Source: Gemmatimonadota bacterium (lineage in GTDB: Bacteria > Gemmatimonadota > Gemmatimonadetes > Palauibacterales > Palauibacteraceae). From it: a stretch of 64,000 nucleotides of DNA. Under the pieces are notes generated by a model. The model made no database searches and was not told where the DNA came from. It saw only the letters and a list, made by a program, of their open reading frames with translations. This document shows, piece by piece, positions 38,458 through 48,145 of the stretch. Location of the stretch: positions 2,349 to 66,348 of the forward strand of contig JBDHLB010000015.1 in NCBI GenBank assembly GCA_039586095.1, written 5' to 3'. The stretch's first letter is position 1, and every line of letters begins with the position of its first letter. The position numbers were made by a program, and so were the translations under genes.

Positions 38458-40266
38458 ATGCAGTACTCCTCCTCCGTCCAGGATGTGTCGGAGCTCGCCG
38501 CTGCCTTTCTGCAGACGGGTGTGACGCTGGGCATAGCCCTCATATGTTTCTACCTCTACAGGCGTTACCGGCGAGGCTACTTCGGGTTCTGGGCCTTTGC
38601 CTGGCTCCTTTATGCGATCCGCCTGGGCGTGATCATCGGGTTTCTACTCACCGAGCAGCGGCAGCTTCTGTACTGGCACCAGGTGTTCACTGGGTGGACG
38701 GCCCTGGTTCTGCTTGCTGCCGCGCTCGCCTTCTCCCAACAGATCCGGTGGCGGGCGTGGCACGGCGTGCTGCTCGCCTTTCCGCCCGTGTGGTCGTACG
38801 TGGCCATTTACAGGATGGACGACTTTCTTCTGGCGGCCGGTCCCGCCGTGGCGTTCCTGAGTGCGGCGGCGGCCTGGACGGCCTGGGTGTTCTGGCGCCA
38901 CCACCGGAGCGTGGGATCCAAGCCCGCTGCCCTCATGGCGTGGGCGTTCCTGCTGTGGAGCCTGCACCACCTCGACTATCCGTTCTTGAGAGCCCGCGGC
39001 GCCTGGAATCCATGGGGGTACTATCTCGACATCATCTTCGTGCTGGCCGTTGGAGGCGGGATTCTCCTGCTTGTCGTCGAGGACCAGCGTCGCGGGCTGG
39101 GAGTGCTCTCGGCCCTTTCCGGCGACCTTCAGCGGAGCGGCCGGCTCACTGATCTGATTCGAGCGTTGCTCGAGAGGCCGCTCACGCTTCCCGCCGTTTC
39201 GGGGAGCGCGTTGTATCGGCGGGACACGGGTGTGTCGCACGCGAGCGGGAGTTGCGCGGACTGGGTCGAAGGCGCGCTACCGAACGATGCGAACCAAGCC
39301 GTTCGAGATGTCATGGAGCGCGGCCATCCGCAGGTGCTGCGGGGACACGCCTCCCGACCGGGGAGGGGCGACCGGCCTGGCTATACGGCGGCGCTACCGG
39401 TGTTCAACGGATCGGTCGTAGATGGTGCCCTTCTGGTGGTGGGCAGGTCCAGGGATCCGTTCGCGGTGCTGGACGAAGACTTCCTGATCGCGCTGGGGCA
39501 CCAGGTCGGGGCCGCCCTGGCGCACGCCGATCTCTATCAGCGTCTCGAGGACAGAACCGCCGATCTCGAGCGTCTCGCCGCGCGGATGGTGCAGCAGCAC
39601 GAGGAAGAACGAGGGCGCGTGGCACGCGAGCTCCATGACGAGACGGCGCAGATCCTGGCCGCACTCCGGCTGCAGCTCGGGATGGTCCGTGAACAGGGAG
39701 CGCCGGAGCAGGCGGAATCGATCGACCGTGCGCTAGACCTGATCGATTCGGGAATTGGAGGCATTCGACGTGTGGCCAGCGCGTTGCGGCCGTCCCTGCT
39801 CGATGATCTGGGTCTTGTTCCGGCGCTGCGGGCGATCGCCTCGGAATTCGCCGAGCGGACGTCGATCGAGACCCGCTTTCGCGAGTCCCTCCACGAGCTT
39901 GATCTTCCACCGGATGCCGAACTGGCCCTGTTCCGCGCCCTGCAAGAGGGACTCGTCAACGTCGCGCGCCACTCCGGGGCGACGTCGGTCGACATAGCAC
40001 TCGAGCAGACGGAAGAGGGGCTTCGGCTGGTCGTGCAGGATAACGGACACGGTCCGGGAGCGGCCCCGGTAGAGACGTCGGACAATCGATCGGCCGGCAG
40101 GCCGACCGAGCTCCCGGCCGCCGCGACGGCGGGGAATGGCGACCGCCAGGTGGGGCTGGTCGGGATGAAGGAGCGGATGCTGCGATTCGGTGGTGATGTT
40201 AGACTCTCGTCTCGACCGGACGGAGGGACGTCGCTCGAAGTGCGGCTGCCGCTGGAGGTGGAGTGA
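38458..40266 (+). CDS. Membrane sensor histidine kinase (HisKA_3) with ~7 TM helices and a GAF-like domain
   Basis: EERGRVARELHDETAQ, LRPSLLDDLGL, QEGLVNVARHS, DNGHG, GLVGMKER. Confidence 0.92.
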   Translation: MQYSSSVQDVSELAAAFLQTGVTLGIALICFYLYRRYRRGYFGFWAFAWLLYAIRLGVIIGFLLTEQRQLLYWHQVFTGWTALVLLAAALAFSQQIRWRAWHGVLLAFPPVWSYVAIYRMDDFLLAAGPAVAFLSAAAAWTAWVFWRHHRSVGSKPAALMAWAFLLWSLHHLDYPFLRARGAWNPWGYYLDIIFVLAVGGGILLLVVEDQRRGLGVLSALSGDLQRSGRLTDLIRALLERPLTLPAVSGSALYRRDTGVSHASGSCADWVEGALPNDANQAVRDVMERGHPQVLRGHASRPGRGDRPGYTAALPVFNGSVVDGALLVVGRSRDPFAVLDEDFLIALGHQVGAALAHADLYQRLEDRTADLERLAARMVQQHEEERGRVARELHDETAQILAALRLQLGMVREQGAPEQAESIDRALDLIDSGIGGIRRVASALRPSLLDDLGLVPALRAIASEFAERTSIETRFRESLHELDLPPDAELALFRALQEGLVNVARHSGATSVDIALEQTEEGLRLVVQDNGHGPGAAPVETSDNRSAGRPTELPAAATAGNGDRQVGLVGMKERMLRFGGDVRLSSRPDGGTSLEVRLPLEVE

Positions 40267-40934
40267 GGCTCGTGCATTCCGAATCGATTCGCGTGCTGAT
40301 CGTCGACGATCACGCCCTGGTGCGGGAGGGCGTTCGGCGCGTGCTGGAGGAAGACGGCAGCTTTGACGTCGTGAGGGAAGCGGCCGACGGCGAGGAAGCT
40401 CTCGCCGCGCTGCGCGACGAAACGATCGACGTGGCGCTGATCGACATATCGATGCCGGGCACCTCGGGGCTCGAGCTCGTGCGCGAGATCCGTCAGCTGG
40501 ATCTTCCCGTGCGCACGCTGGTTCTCAGCATGCACGACAAGCCGGAATATGTGGAGCGGGCCGTGGAAGCGGGCGCGGATGGCTATCTGCTCAAGGACGA
40601 AGCGGGTCCTGCCGAGCTGCGATCCGCGGTCCGAGCCGTGCAGTCCGGGCATTCCGCGTTCAGCCCTCGGGTCACACGAAGACTGGCGACCGCGCTCCAG
40701 GAGCAGCGCGGTCGGTCGATCGCGCTGGCCCGGCTCACGGGTCGCGAGCGGCAGATCCTGCGCCTGGTCGCGCGCGGGCTCACGAGCAGGCAGATCGGGC
40801 AGGACCTGCGGATCAGTCCCCGGACCGTCGAGACACACCGTCAGAACATCATGCGCAAGCTCGAGGTCAGAAACGTGGCGGGTCTGACCCGTGTCGCGCT
40901 TCATCTGGGTCTCCTGGACGAGGGTTCTGCGTAG
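40263..40934 (+). CDS. NarL/LuxR family response regulator
   Basis: IVDDHALVREG, DISMPG, GYLLK, LTGRERQIL, ISPRTVETHR; GTGA overlap with the kinase. Confidence 0.95.
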   Translation: MRLVHSESIRVLIVDDHALVREGVRRVLEEDGSFDVVREAADGEEALAALRDETIDVALIDISMPGTSGLELVREIRQLDLPVRTLVLSMHDKPEYVERAVEAGADGYLLKDEAGPAELRSAVRAVQSGHSAFSPRVTRRLATALQEQRGRSIALARLTGRERQILRLVARGLTSRQIGQDLRISPRTVETHRQNIMRKLEVRNVAGLTRVALHLGLLDEGSA

Positions 40935-41082
40935 ATCTGCGTACGATTCGTCCGTAAGGCCGCTAATTTTCCTTTTTCCTCACCACGCTACCCTTCCCGG
41001 TGGAGAATCCTATCACCGAGCCTGACGAGCTCTACGGAGCAAGCCGCTCGGTGCCTCGATAGAACGGAGGAGGCGTGCCCAG

Positions 41083-43314
41083 ATGATTCCCGTCCATCTT
41101 ATGCGCAAAACCACGGGCGGCGCTTTGCTGCTCCTGTCGCTGCTTGCGGCCTCGGGCCAGGCGCAGGAGCCGCGGCAACCAGCCGCCGATTCCGCCGCGG
41201 CCGATACCGTGCCCGAACCGGTGTATGTCCTGCGGCCTCTCAACGTCACGGCGACCCGAACCGAGAAGAACATCTTCCTGACGGCCGCACCGGTTTCCGT
41301 GGTCGAGCAGGAGCTGATCCTCGAACTCGTGCCAAACACGGGGGCGGATCTCCTGCGCGATCTTCCGGGTGTGGACGTGAACGGGGTCGGAACGAACCAG
41401 ACCCGTCCGATCATCCGGGGGCAGCGAGGGCAGCGCATCCTGCTGCTCGAGGACGATATTCGGCTGAACAACTCCCGCCGACAGCAGGACTTCGGCGAGA
41501 TCCCGGCCATCGTCGACATCAAGGAGGTGGCTCAGGTCGAGGTCGTGCGTGGACCGGCCTCCGTGTTGTACGGAAGCGACGCGATCGGCGGTGTGATCAA
41601 TCTGCGCACGAACGAAGTGCCACCGCTGTCGGGCGGTGATCAAGTGGGCGGCAGCGCGAAGTACTCGTTCCGAACCGCCGGCAATCAGCACCGACCCACC
41701 GTGACCCTGTTCGGGCGGACCGGAGGTCTCGGCTTCCGGTTCAGCGGCCAGTACAGAGACACGGAGCCTTACGAGGCGCCCTCCGGTTCCTTCGGAAACA
41801 TCAGCCTCGATGACAATGTGGTGGTCCAGGATACGGGCGTTCGGGACCGCAACTTCAGCGCGCTGCTCGACTACGCGTTCTCTCCCACGCATCGAGTGTT
41901 CGGACGTCTCGGTCTCTATTCTGCGGACGAGACGGGCTTCGGCTTCGTGCGAGGCGAGGACCTCGGCGTCGAGGACGCCACCTCCATCGAGCTCCGCTAC
42001 CCGGACCAGAAGGTGGACAAGCAGACTCTGGGATACCGGGGGCGCGATCTGGGCTGGACCGTGGTCGACCGTCTGGACGTGACCGCCTACCGGATGAACA
42101 ATGAGCGCGAGTTCACCACGGATGTGTTCATTCCCGGCTCCCTCGTGTTCGGTCCCATGGCTCCGCCGGGCTCCGGGATCGTTTCCCAGTCGGAGAATTT
42201 CACCGATCTCGAGACGCTCGGATTTCGGATCGAGGCGGCGAAGGTGATCAGCGAGAATGCGCTGCTGACGTACGGTGTAGACTTCTCCCACGACGACTCC
42301 GAAAACACCGACTTCCTGCGCCAGGGTGTCGTGGGTCTCGGTCCCCCGAGCTTCGAAGAGAGCGACGTTCCGAACGTCCCGAACGCGACCTACCAACGGC
42401 TCGGCGTGTTCGCGCAGGGTGATCTCCAGCTGGCCGATCCCGTGTCTCTGATCGTCGGGGCCCGCTTCCAGGATGTACGGTCGCAGACCGAGGACACGCC
42501 GGGCCTGGAAGATCTTCCGCCGACCGAGCATGACGACCAGACCGTGGTCGCGGCGGCCAACCTGCTCGTGGAGGTGATCCCCGAGCTCAACATTGTGGCG
42601 GCCGTCGGCCGGGCGTTCCGTGCGCCCAACATCATCGAGCTCTACTTCGACGGTGTGACGGCAGAGGGCTCGGGCTTTCTGAGCCGCAACCCGGATCTCA
42701 AGGCCGAGAAGAGCCTCAACTTTGACCTGGGCCTCAAGTTCCGGAAGGGCAGGGTGGGGGCCGAAGCCTACTACTTCCGCAACGAGATCACCGACGGGAT
42801 CCGGCTGCTCGACACGGGCGAGATGGTGGGGCCGTTCCCCGAGTTCCAGAACGTGAACATCGACAAGCTGCGCTTTCAGGGTGTGGAGATCGCCGCGGAT
42901 GTGATGCCGGTGGATGGATTGACGCTCCGGGGGAGTTTCAGCCATGTCGACTCGAAGGACGTGACCAACCCGGTAAACCCGATCGGTGACACGTACTCGA
43001 GCAAGTTTGTGGCAAACGCGGCCTACCGGGATCCCGGCGGCCGATTCTGGGCCTCGTACAACCTGCGGCACCAGGGCGAGCAGAAGGACATCGACGTAGG
43101 GTTTCAGAACGCGGTCGGTGACGTCATTCCTGCGTTCACGGTACACGACGTTCGCGGCGGTGTGCGTCTGTTCGAGTTCGGCTCGACGTCGCACAGCCTG
43201 AGCCTGGCGGTCGAAAATCTCACCAACGAGCTGTACGCGGAAGTGTCGAACGCGACCTTCTTCCGGCCCGAGCCGAAGCGCACGCTGCTCTTGAGCTGGG
43301 TGACGTCGTTCTGA
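41083..43314 (+). CDS. TonB-dependent receptor
   Basis: Signal peptide, VTATRTE, plug motif VEVVRGPASVLYGSDAIGGVIN, FRAP...NPDLKAE, ENLTNELY, terminal F. Confidence 0.95.
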   Translation: MIPVHLMRKTTGGALLLLSLLAASGQAQEPRQPAADSAAADTVPEPVYVLRPLNVTATRTEKNIFLTAAPVSVVEQELILELVPNTGADLLRDLPGVDVNGVGTNQTRPIIRGQRGQRILLLEDDIRLNNSRRQQDFGEIPAIVDIKEVAQVEVVRGPASVLYGSDAIGGVINLRTNEVPPLSGGDQVGGSAKYSFRTAGNQHRPTVTLFGRTGGLGFRFSGQYRDTEPYEAPSGSFGNISLDDNVVVQDTGVRDRNFSALLDYAFSPTHRVFGRLGLYSADETGFGFVRGEDLGVEDATSIELRYPDQKVDKQTLGYRGRDLGWTVVDRLDVTAYRMNNEREFTTDVFIPGSLVFGPMAPPGSGIVSQSENFTDLETLGFRIEAAKVISENALLTYGVDFSHDDSENTDFLRQGVVGLGPPSFEESDVPNVPNATYQRLGVFAQGDLQLADPVSLIVGARFQDVRSQTEDTPGLEDLPPTEHDDQTVVAAANLLVEVIPELNIVAAVGRAFRAPNIIELYFDGVTAEGSGFLSRNPDLKAEKSLNFDLGLKFRKGRVGAEAYYFRNEITDGIRLLDTGEMVGPFPEFQNVNIDKLRFQGVEIAADVMPVDGLTLRGSFSHVDSKDVTNPVNPIGDTYSSKFVANAAYRDPGGRFWASYNLRHQGEQKDIDVGFQNAVGDVIPAFTVHDVRGGVRLFEFGSTSHSLSLAVENLTNELYAEVSNATFFRPEPKRTLLLSWVTSF

Positions 43315-43341
43315 GCAGGTCACTTTGATGAGATCTTTCTG

Positions 43342-44070
43342 ATGCGGACCTTCGTCCATTATGTGCCGATCGCCACGACGTTCTTCGCGATCTGGTTCGG
43401 CTGGATCGTACTCAGCCGGTATCGGGAGCGGCGCTCCGGGCCCCACCTCCTGTGGTGGGGCATCGGTCTGCTCATGTATGGAGTCGGCACGGCCACCGAA
43501 TCTCTGACGACTCTGTTCGGCTGGCAGGAAAGCGTGTTCCGCACATGGTACATCTCGGGCGCTCTGCTCGGCGGGGCGCCTCTCGCGCAGGGCACCGTGT
43601 ACCTGCTCATGAAACGCAAGACGGCCGATCGTCTCACAATCGCCCTGCTCACCGTCGTGGCCATTGCCGCCACCTTCGTGCTGCTCACGCCCATCGATTT
43701 CGCGGCGGTCGAGTCGCACCGGCTGTCGGGCCGGGTGATGGAGTGGAGCTGGGTGCGGGCCTTTAGCCCATTCATCAACCTGTATGCCGCGACGCTCCTC
43801 GTCGGAGGTGCCGTCTACTCGGCGGTCAAGTTCCGTGGGCTTGAGGGCATGCGGCACCGGGTGATCGGCAACGTGCTCATCGCGGTCGGAGCCCTGCTGC
43901 CGGGGATCGGGGGTTCGTTCACCCGCTTCGGTCACGTGGAGGTGCTGTACGTGACGGAGATCCTCGGCATCATCCTCATCTACCTGGGCTACAAGTACAA
44001 CGTGTCCAGTGGTGTCGTGACCCGGCCGGAGGCCGCGGCCGATACGGCCACACAGGCCACACCTGCCTGA
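43342..44070 (+). CDS. Uncharacterised ~7TM membrane protein
   Basis: Multiple hydrophobic segments (HLLWWGIGLLMYG, WYISGALLGGAPLAQG, GNVLIAVGALLPGIGG); 27 bp after the TonB receptor. Confidence 0.8.
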   Translation: MRTFVHYVPIATTFFAIWFGWIVLSRYRERRSGPHLLWWGIGLLMYGVGTATESLTTLFGWQESVFRTWYISGALLGGAPLAQGTVYLLMKRKTADRLTIALLTVVAIAATFVLLTPIDFAAVESHRLSGRVMEWSWVRAFSPFINLYAATLLVGGAVYSAVKFRGLEGMRHRVIGNVLIAVGALLPGIGGSFTRFGHVEVLYVTEILGIILIYLGYKYNVSSGVVTRPEAAADTATQATPA

Positions 44071-44075
44071 AGGCA

Positions 44076-44100
44076 TCGAGGCCGCGGGTGCCGGCCTCGA
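44076..44100 (+). terminator. Stem-loop after the TonB receptor operon
   Basis: TCGAGGCCG-N7-CGGCCTCGA; no U-tract. Confidence 0.45.
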
Positions 44101-44128
44101 CGGCCACAGCTCCACCCACGGCCCATGT

Positions 44129-44161
44129 TGCTCCATCTCATACATAGAATGAGATGGAGCA
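44129..44161. repeat. Perfect 13-bp inverted repeat (candidate operator)
   Basis: TGCTCCATCTCAT-ACATAGA-ATGAGATGGAGCA in a relatively AT-rich intergenic region. Confidence 0.8.
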
Positions 44162-44317
44162 CGATAACCCGTTTAGCTGTATTGCGTTTGACATGCTGAC
44201 CACTTCCCGTCGATTGTAGCCTCCCCCTCCGGCTGATATTGTGCCGGGGTCGCAGGCGGAGGCCACGACAAGCTCGTCGTGGCTTCCCCAAAGCTCTGCC
44301 ACGCGAGGACGGATACG

Positions 44318-44725
44318 GTGACAGCCACGGGCTCCCCCCCGCCTCCGGTCCAGCCGCAGCTGCGGGCGCTCGCCGAGACGTTCGTCCCGGAGATCGCGGG
44401 TTCCGATCCGAACGAGTGGCGCGAAGTGCTCGGGATCATCGATCAGGCACTCGGCCGCCAGACACACGCCGTCCGCCGTCAGCTGTTACTGTTCGCCGGC
44501 GTCCTCGACTGGTTGCCCGTCCTGCGCCACGGCCGTCGCTTTCGTTCGCTCGATCCGGAGCGCCGGCTCCGATTTCTTCAAGCCCTCCAGGATTCCCGAC
44601 TCGTGCTGCTTCGACGCGGAGTGTGGGGGCTGCGCACGCTGACCTTCATGGGCTACTACGCTCGCCCCGCTGCCTACTCGGAGATCGATTACGGGGCACA
44701 CCCCGACGGGTGGGAACGGCCATGA
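44318..44725 (+). CDS. Gluconate 2-dehydrogenase subunit 3-like small protein
   Basis: LRALAETFVP, RFRSLDPERRLRFL, GLRTLTFMGYY, IDYG; ATGA overlap with the GMC gene. Confidence 0.7.
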   Translation: MTATGSPPPPVQPQLRALAETFVPEIAGSDPNEWREVLGIIDQALGRQTHAVRRQLLLFAGVLDWLPVLRHGRRFRSLDPERRLRFLQALQDSRLVLLRRGVWGLRTLTFMGYYARPAAYSEIDYGAHPDGWERP

Positions 44726-46266
44726 TCGAGCGCTCGTACGACGTCGTGATCGTGGGCTCGGGCGCCGGCGGCGGCACCGTGGCCGCCGAACTCGTACCGC
44801 TGGTGGCGGACGGCCGCAGGGTCCTTCTTCTCGAGCAAGGAGCTCGGCTCGAACCCGCCGAGTTCACCGGACGTGAAATCGAGATGGCCGACGCGCTCTA
44901 CGAAGAGGGGGGAGCGGTTCTGACAGGCGATGGAACGATGACGCTGGCCCTGGGCCGCACCTACGGCGGCTCCACGTCGGTGTACACGGGAACATCTCTT
45001 GTTGTCCCGGAACGTGTGATTCGAAGCTGGGCTGTACCGGATCTCGAGTATGAAGACGTTCGAAGCCGGTCAGCCAAGTACGCCGCTCAGAACAACGTTC
45101 ATCTTCTGCCGCCCGAGGAGATCAACGAGAACAACCGGCTGTTTGTGGAGGGCTGCACCGGGATCGGTCTCGTGGCCGAGCAGTTTCCCGTCAACGTGAA
45201 GGGCTGCCGAGGCTCCAGTCTGTGCAACCTCGGTTGCCCGAACCAGGCGAAGCAGGGAACGGATCGAGTGCAACTGCCCGCCGCCGAGCGGGGCGGCGTG
45301 GAGATCGTGACGCGGGCCGAGGTGGTTCGAGTAGAGGAGCGAGCTCTCGTCGTGAGGGTCCGCTCAACGCGAGAGGGCGACAAGGGCGGGCCATCCGAGT
45401 GGGCGCCAGGCGAGTACCGCGTGAAGGCCGGGATCGTGGTGGTGGCCGGGGGATCGATCGGAAGCTCAGCCCTGCTGCTGCGTTCACGGCTGCCCGCAGA
45501 GCTGCGGCGGCTGGGCGAGGGCTTCACATGCCACCCCGCGCACATCCTCGTGGCCGAGCACCCCAGCGAGATCACGAACGATGTGGGTCACCCCAAGAGC
45601 TTTTATCTGGATCGGGCCGAGCAGGAGGGCTACGTGCTGGAGACGTGCATGTACTTCCCATTCGTCACGGCCAAGAACCTCACCGGATTCGGTCCGGACC
45701 ACAGTCGGTTGATGCGGGCGTTCCGGCGACTGCAGATGATCCTGGTACTGGCCTGCGATCGCGCGGTGCCGGGGAACCGGATCACGGTGGACCGGGCCGG
45801 CCGACCCGTCGTCCACTACCGCTTCACACCACAGGTGGTTACGGCGCTCGTGCAGGCCACACGCACGTCGGCCCGGATCTTCTTTGCGGCCGGTGCAGAA
45901 CGGGTGCATGCGCCATCGGCCAACCCTCCTCTGCTGGAGGCGCGGGACGCCGAGCGAGTGAACGCGCTCATCGATGAGCGCCACTTCCTGCCCGGCAAGA
46001 TCTCGGTGTCGGCCGCCCATCTGATGGGGGGATGCGGGATGGGGTCCGGTCCGCGAGACTCCGTCACGGACGCATGGGGTCGTGTGCACGGCCTCCCGTG
46101 GCTTCGGGTCGCGGATTCGAGCCTGTTTGTCGATGCGCTACAGATCAATCCGTACCTGACCGTCATGGCGCTGGCGGACCGGGTGGCCGAGAAGATCCGC
46201 TATGAGGCGGCGGATCTGCTGGACGGGTGGCAGGCTGGAGACACTGGCGCGCCGGACGCCGTCTGA
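44722..46266 (+). CDS. GMC family FAD oxidoreductase
   Basis: DVVIVGSGAGGG, GRTYGGSTSVY, GCRGSSLCNLGCP, AHLMGGCGMG, VADSSLF, INPYLTVMALADR. Confidence 0.9.
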   Translation: MIERSYDVVIVGSGAGGGTVAAELVPLVADGRRVLLLEQGARLEPAEFTGREIEMADALYEEGGAVLTGDGTMTLALGRTYGGSTSVYTGTSLVVPERVIRSWAVPDLEYEDVRSRSAKYAAQNNVHLLPPEEINENNRLFVEGCTGIGLVAEQFPVNVKGCRGSSLCNLGCPNQAKQGTDRVQLPAAERGGVEIVTRAEVVRVEERALVVRVRSTREGDKGGPSEWAPGEYRVKAGIVVVAGGSIGSSALLLRSRLPAELRRLGEGFTCHPAHILVAEHPSEITNDVGHPKSFYLDRAEQEGYVLETCMYFPFVTAKNLTGFGPDHSRLMRAFRRLQMILVLACDRAVPGNRITVDRAGRPVVHYRFTPQVVTALVQATRTSARIFFAAGAERVHAPSANPPLLEARDAERVNALIDERHFLPGKISVSAAHLMGGCGMGSGPRDSVTDAWGRVHGLPWLRVADSSLFVDALQINPYLTVMALADRVAEKIRYEAADLLDGWQAGDTGAPDAV

Positions 46267-46338
46267 GCGCGATCAAGGGCCGAGGGTGACCGTTTTGACC
46301 AGGTGGACCGGGTGGACGCAGTCGATCGGAGGCGATGC

Positions 46339-48090
46339 ATGAGAGAAAGCGGCGGACGCGCCGTGGTCCGCGCTCTGGAAGACGAGGGAGTGCCGTTCAC
46401 GTTCGGGATTCCCGGCACACACAACATCGAGCTGTACGATGCCCTGGGCGAGTCGGAAGCGGTCACGCCCGTGCTCGTGACCGACGAGCAGAGTGCATCC
46501 TTCATGGCCGACGCCGTCTGGCGGTCGTCCGGCAAGATCGCGTGCGTGAACGTCGTACCCGGCGCCGGACTCACCCACGCCCTCTCCGGGATCGCCGAAG
46601 CGTACATGGACAACGTGGCCATGCTCGTGCTCGGCTGCGGGATCCGCGCCGACACGGGTCTCGCGTACCAGCTCCACGACATCGATCAGATGACCCTCGC
46701 CGCCCCGGTCACCAAGGCCCAGCTTCGGCCCGAGAAGGGGGAAGACCTCTACGCCGTGGTCCGGCAGGCGTGTGCGATCGCCCGAGCAGGCGCCCCAGGG
46801 CCCGTGTTCGTCGAAGTGCCTGCCGACCTGTATCTGATCCCGCACGCGACGGCCGAACTCGACCCGCAAGCTTGGGCGCCGATCGCACCGCCCGACGTGG
46901 ACCCGGACGACGTCGAGGAGGTGGCCCGCATCCTGATGGCGGCGGAGAGGACCCTGTTGTACCTGGGGCTTGGGGCCGCCGCAGCAGGAACCGAAGCCCT
47001 CGTCCGCCTGGCCGAGACCCTCGAGGGGCCGGTCGCGACCACATTTCAGGGCAAGGGCGTGTTCCCCGAGAGCCACCCGCTGTGGTTGTGGCCTGGCTTC
47101 GGGGATGCCGCGCCCAAGTTCGTGCGGGATGTGGTGAGACACTGCGACGCGACGTTGGCCGTCGGATGCCGGTTCAGCGAGGTGGCCACAGGGAGCTACG
47201 GGATCGAACCACCCCGTCCCCTGATCCACGTGGACATCGAGCCGGAGGTCCTGGGTCGCAACTTCGAGACCGATCTCGAAGTGACCGCGGATGCGACGAC
47301 CTTCGTCTCGCTGTTGGTAGAGCGGTTGGCCACCTCGGGCGCGGGCGGCCGGAATCCAGAGTTCCGCACGCAGCTCTTTCAGGGCCACCAGAAAGTGATC
47401 GACCGGTGGCTGGGAATGAAGCTACGCGAGCGCCCGCGTGACGGGGGTGTCTCTCCCCCGCGCCTTCTGAAGGCCCTGCAGACCCGCTTCGGGCCGGAAG
47501 CGATCTTCACCACGGACAGCGGCAACGGGACGTTTCTCGGTGTGGAATGCCTGCGGCTGGATGCACCCGGCCACTTTTTGGCGCCCGTCGACTACTCGTG
47601 CATGGGATACAGCGTTCCCGCGGCCATCGGTGCGGCGCTCGCCTGTGAGGAGAGCCAGGCGATCGCTCTGGCCGGGGACGGCGCGTTCCTGATGACCGGT
47701 CTCGAGTTGCTTACCGCAGCCGGACGCGGGCTCCCGGTGCTGGTGCTGGTGCTCCGCGACCGGGAACTGGCCCAGATCGCACAGTTCCAGAACGTCGCGC
47801 TGGGTCGCAAGGTAGCGAGCGAGTTGCCCGACTACGACCTGGCGACGGTGTGCCGCGGCCTCGGCGTGGAGTGCATTGCGTTGGGATCCGACGAAGAGAT
47901 CGGCGCGGCGCTCGAGGGTGCCCATGCCGTCCTACGCGAGGGTCGGCCCGCTGTGGTCGACGTGGCGATCGACTATTCGCGCAAGACGTACTTCACGCGC
48001 GGTGTGGTGAGAACGAACCTGCTGCGCCTGCCCTGGCGGGAACGACTTCGCATGGTGGGCCGGGGGCTGGCGCGCCGGGTCACTGGCTGA
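46339..48090 (+). CDS. Thiamine pyrophosphate-dependent enzyme (acetolactate synthase-like family)
   Basis: FGIPGTHN, DEQSASFMAD, GAGLTHAL, PGPVFVEVP, MGYSVPAAIGA, GDGAFLM. Confidence 0.9.
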   Translation: MRESGGRAVVRALEDEGVPFTFGIPGTHNIELYDALGESEAVTPVLVTDEQSASFMADAVWRSSGKIACVNVVPGAGLTHALSGIAEAYMDNVAMLVLGCGIRADTGLAYQLHDIDQMTLAAPVTKAQLRPEKGEDLYAVVRQACAIARAGAPGPVFVEVPADLYLIPHATAELDPQAWAPIAPPDVDPDDVEEVARILMAAERTLLYLGLGAAAAGTEALVRLAETLEGPVATTFQGKGVFPESHPLWLWPGFGDAAPKFVRDVVRHCDATLAVGCRFSEVATGSYGIEPPRPLIHVDIEPEVLGRNFETDLEVTADATTFVSLLVERLATSGAGGRNPEFRTQLFQGHQKVIDRWLGMKLRERPRDGGVSPPRLLKALQTRFGPEAIFTTDSGNGTFLGVECLRLDAPGHFLAPVDYSCMGYSVPAAIGAALACEESQAIALAGDGAFLMTGLELLTAAGRGLPVLVLVLRDRELAQIAQFQNVALGRKVASELPDYDLATVCRGLGVECIALGSDEEIGAALEGAHAVLREGRPAVVDVAIDYSRKTYFTRGVVRTNLLRLPWRERLRMVGRGLARRVTG

Positions 48091-48145
48091 CGGCGGGCCG
48101 CCATCGCTAGCGGCCTGCGTTGGCCGAGTCTGTCGTGACGAAACG

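Noticed and set aside
41032-44145. 1037-aa minus-strand ORF
   Set aside because: Antisense shadow of the TonB receptor and membrane protein genes; long shadow ORFs are expected at high GC and it has no motifs
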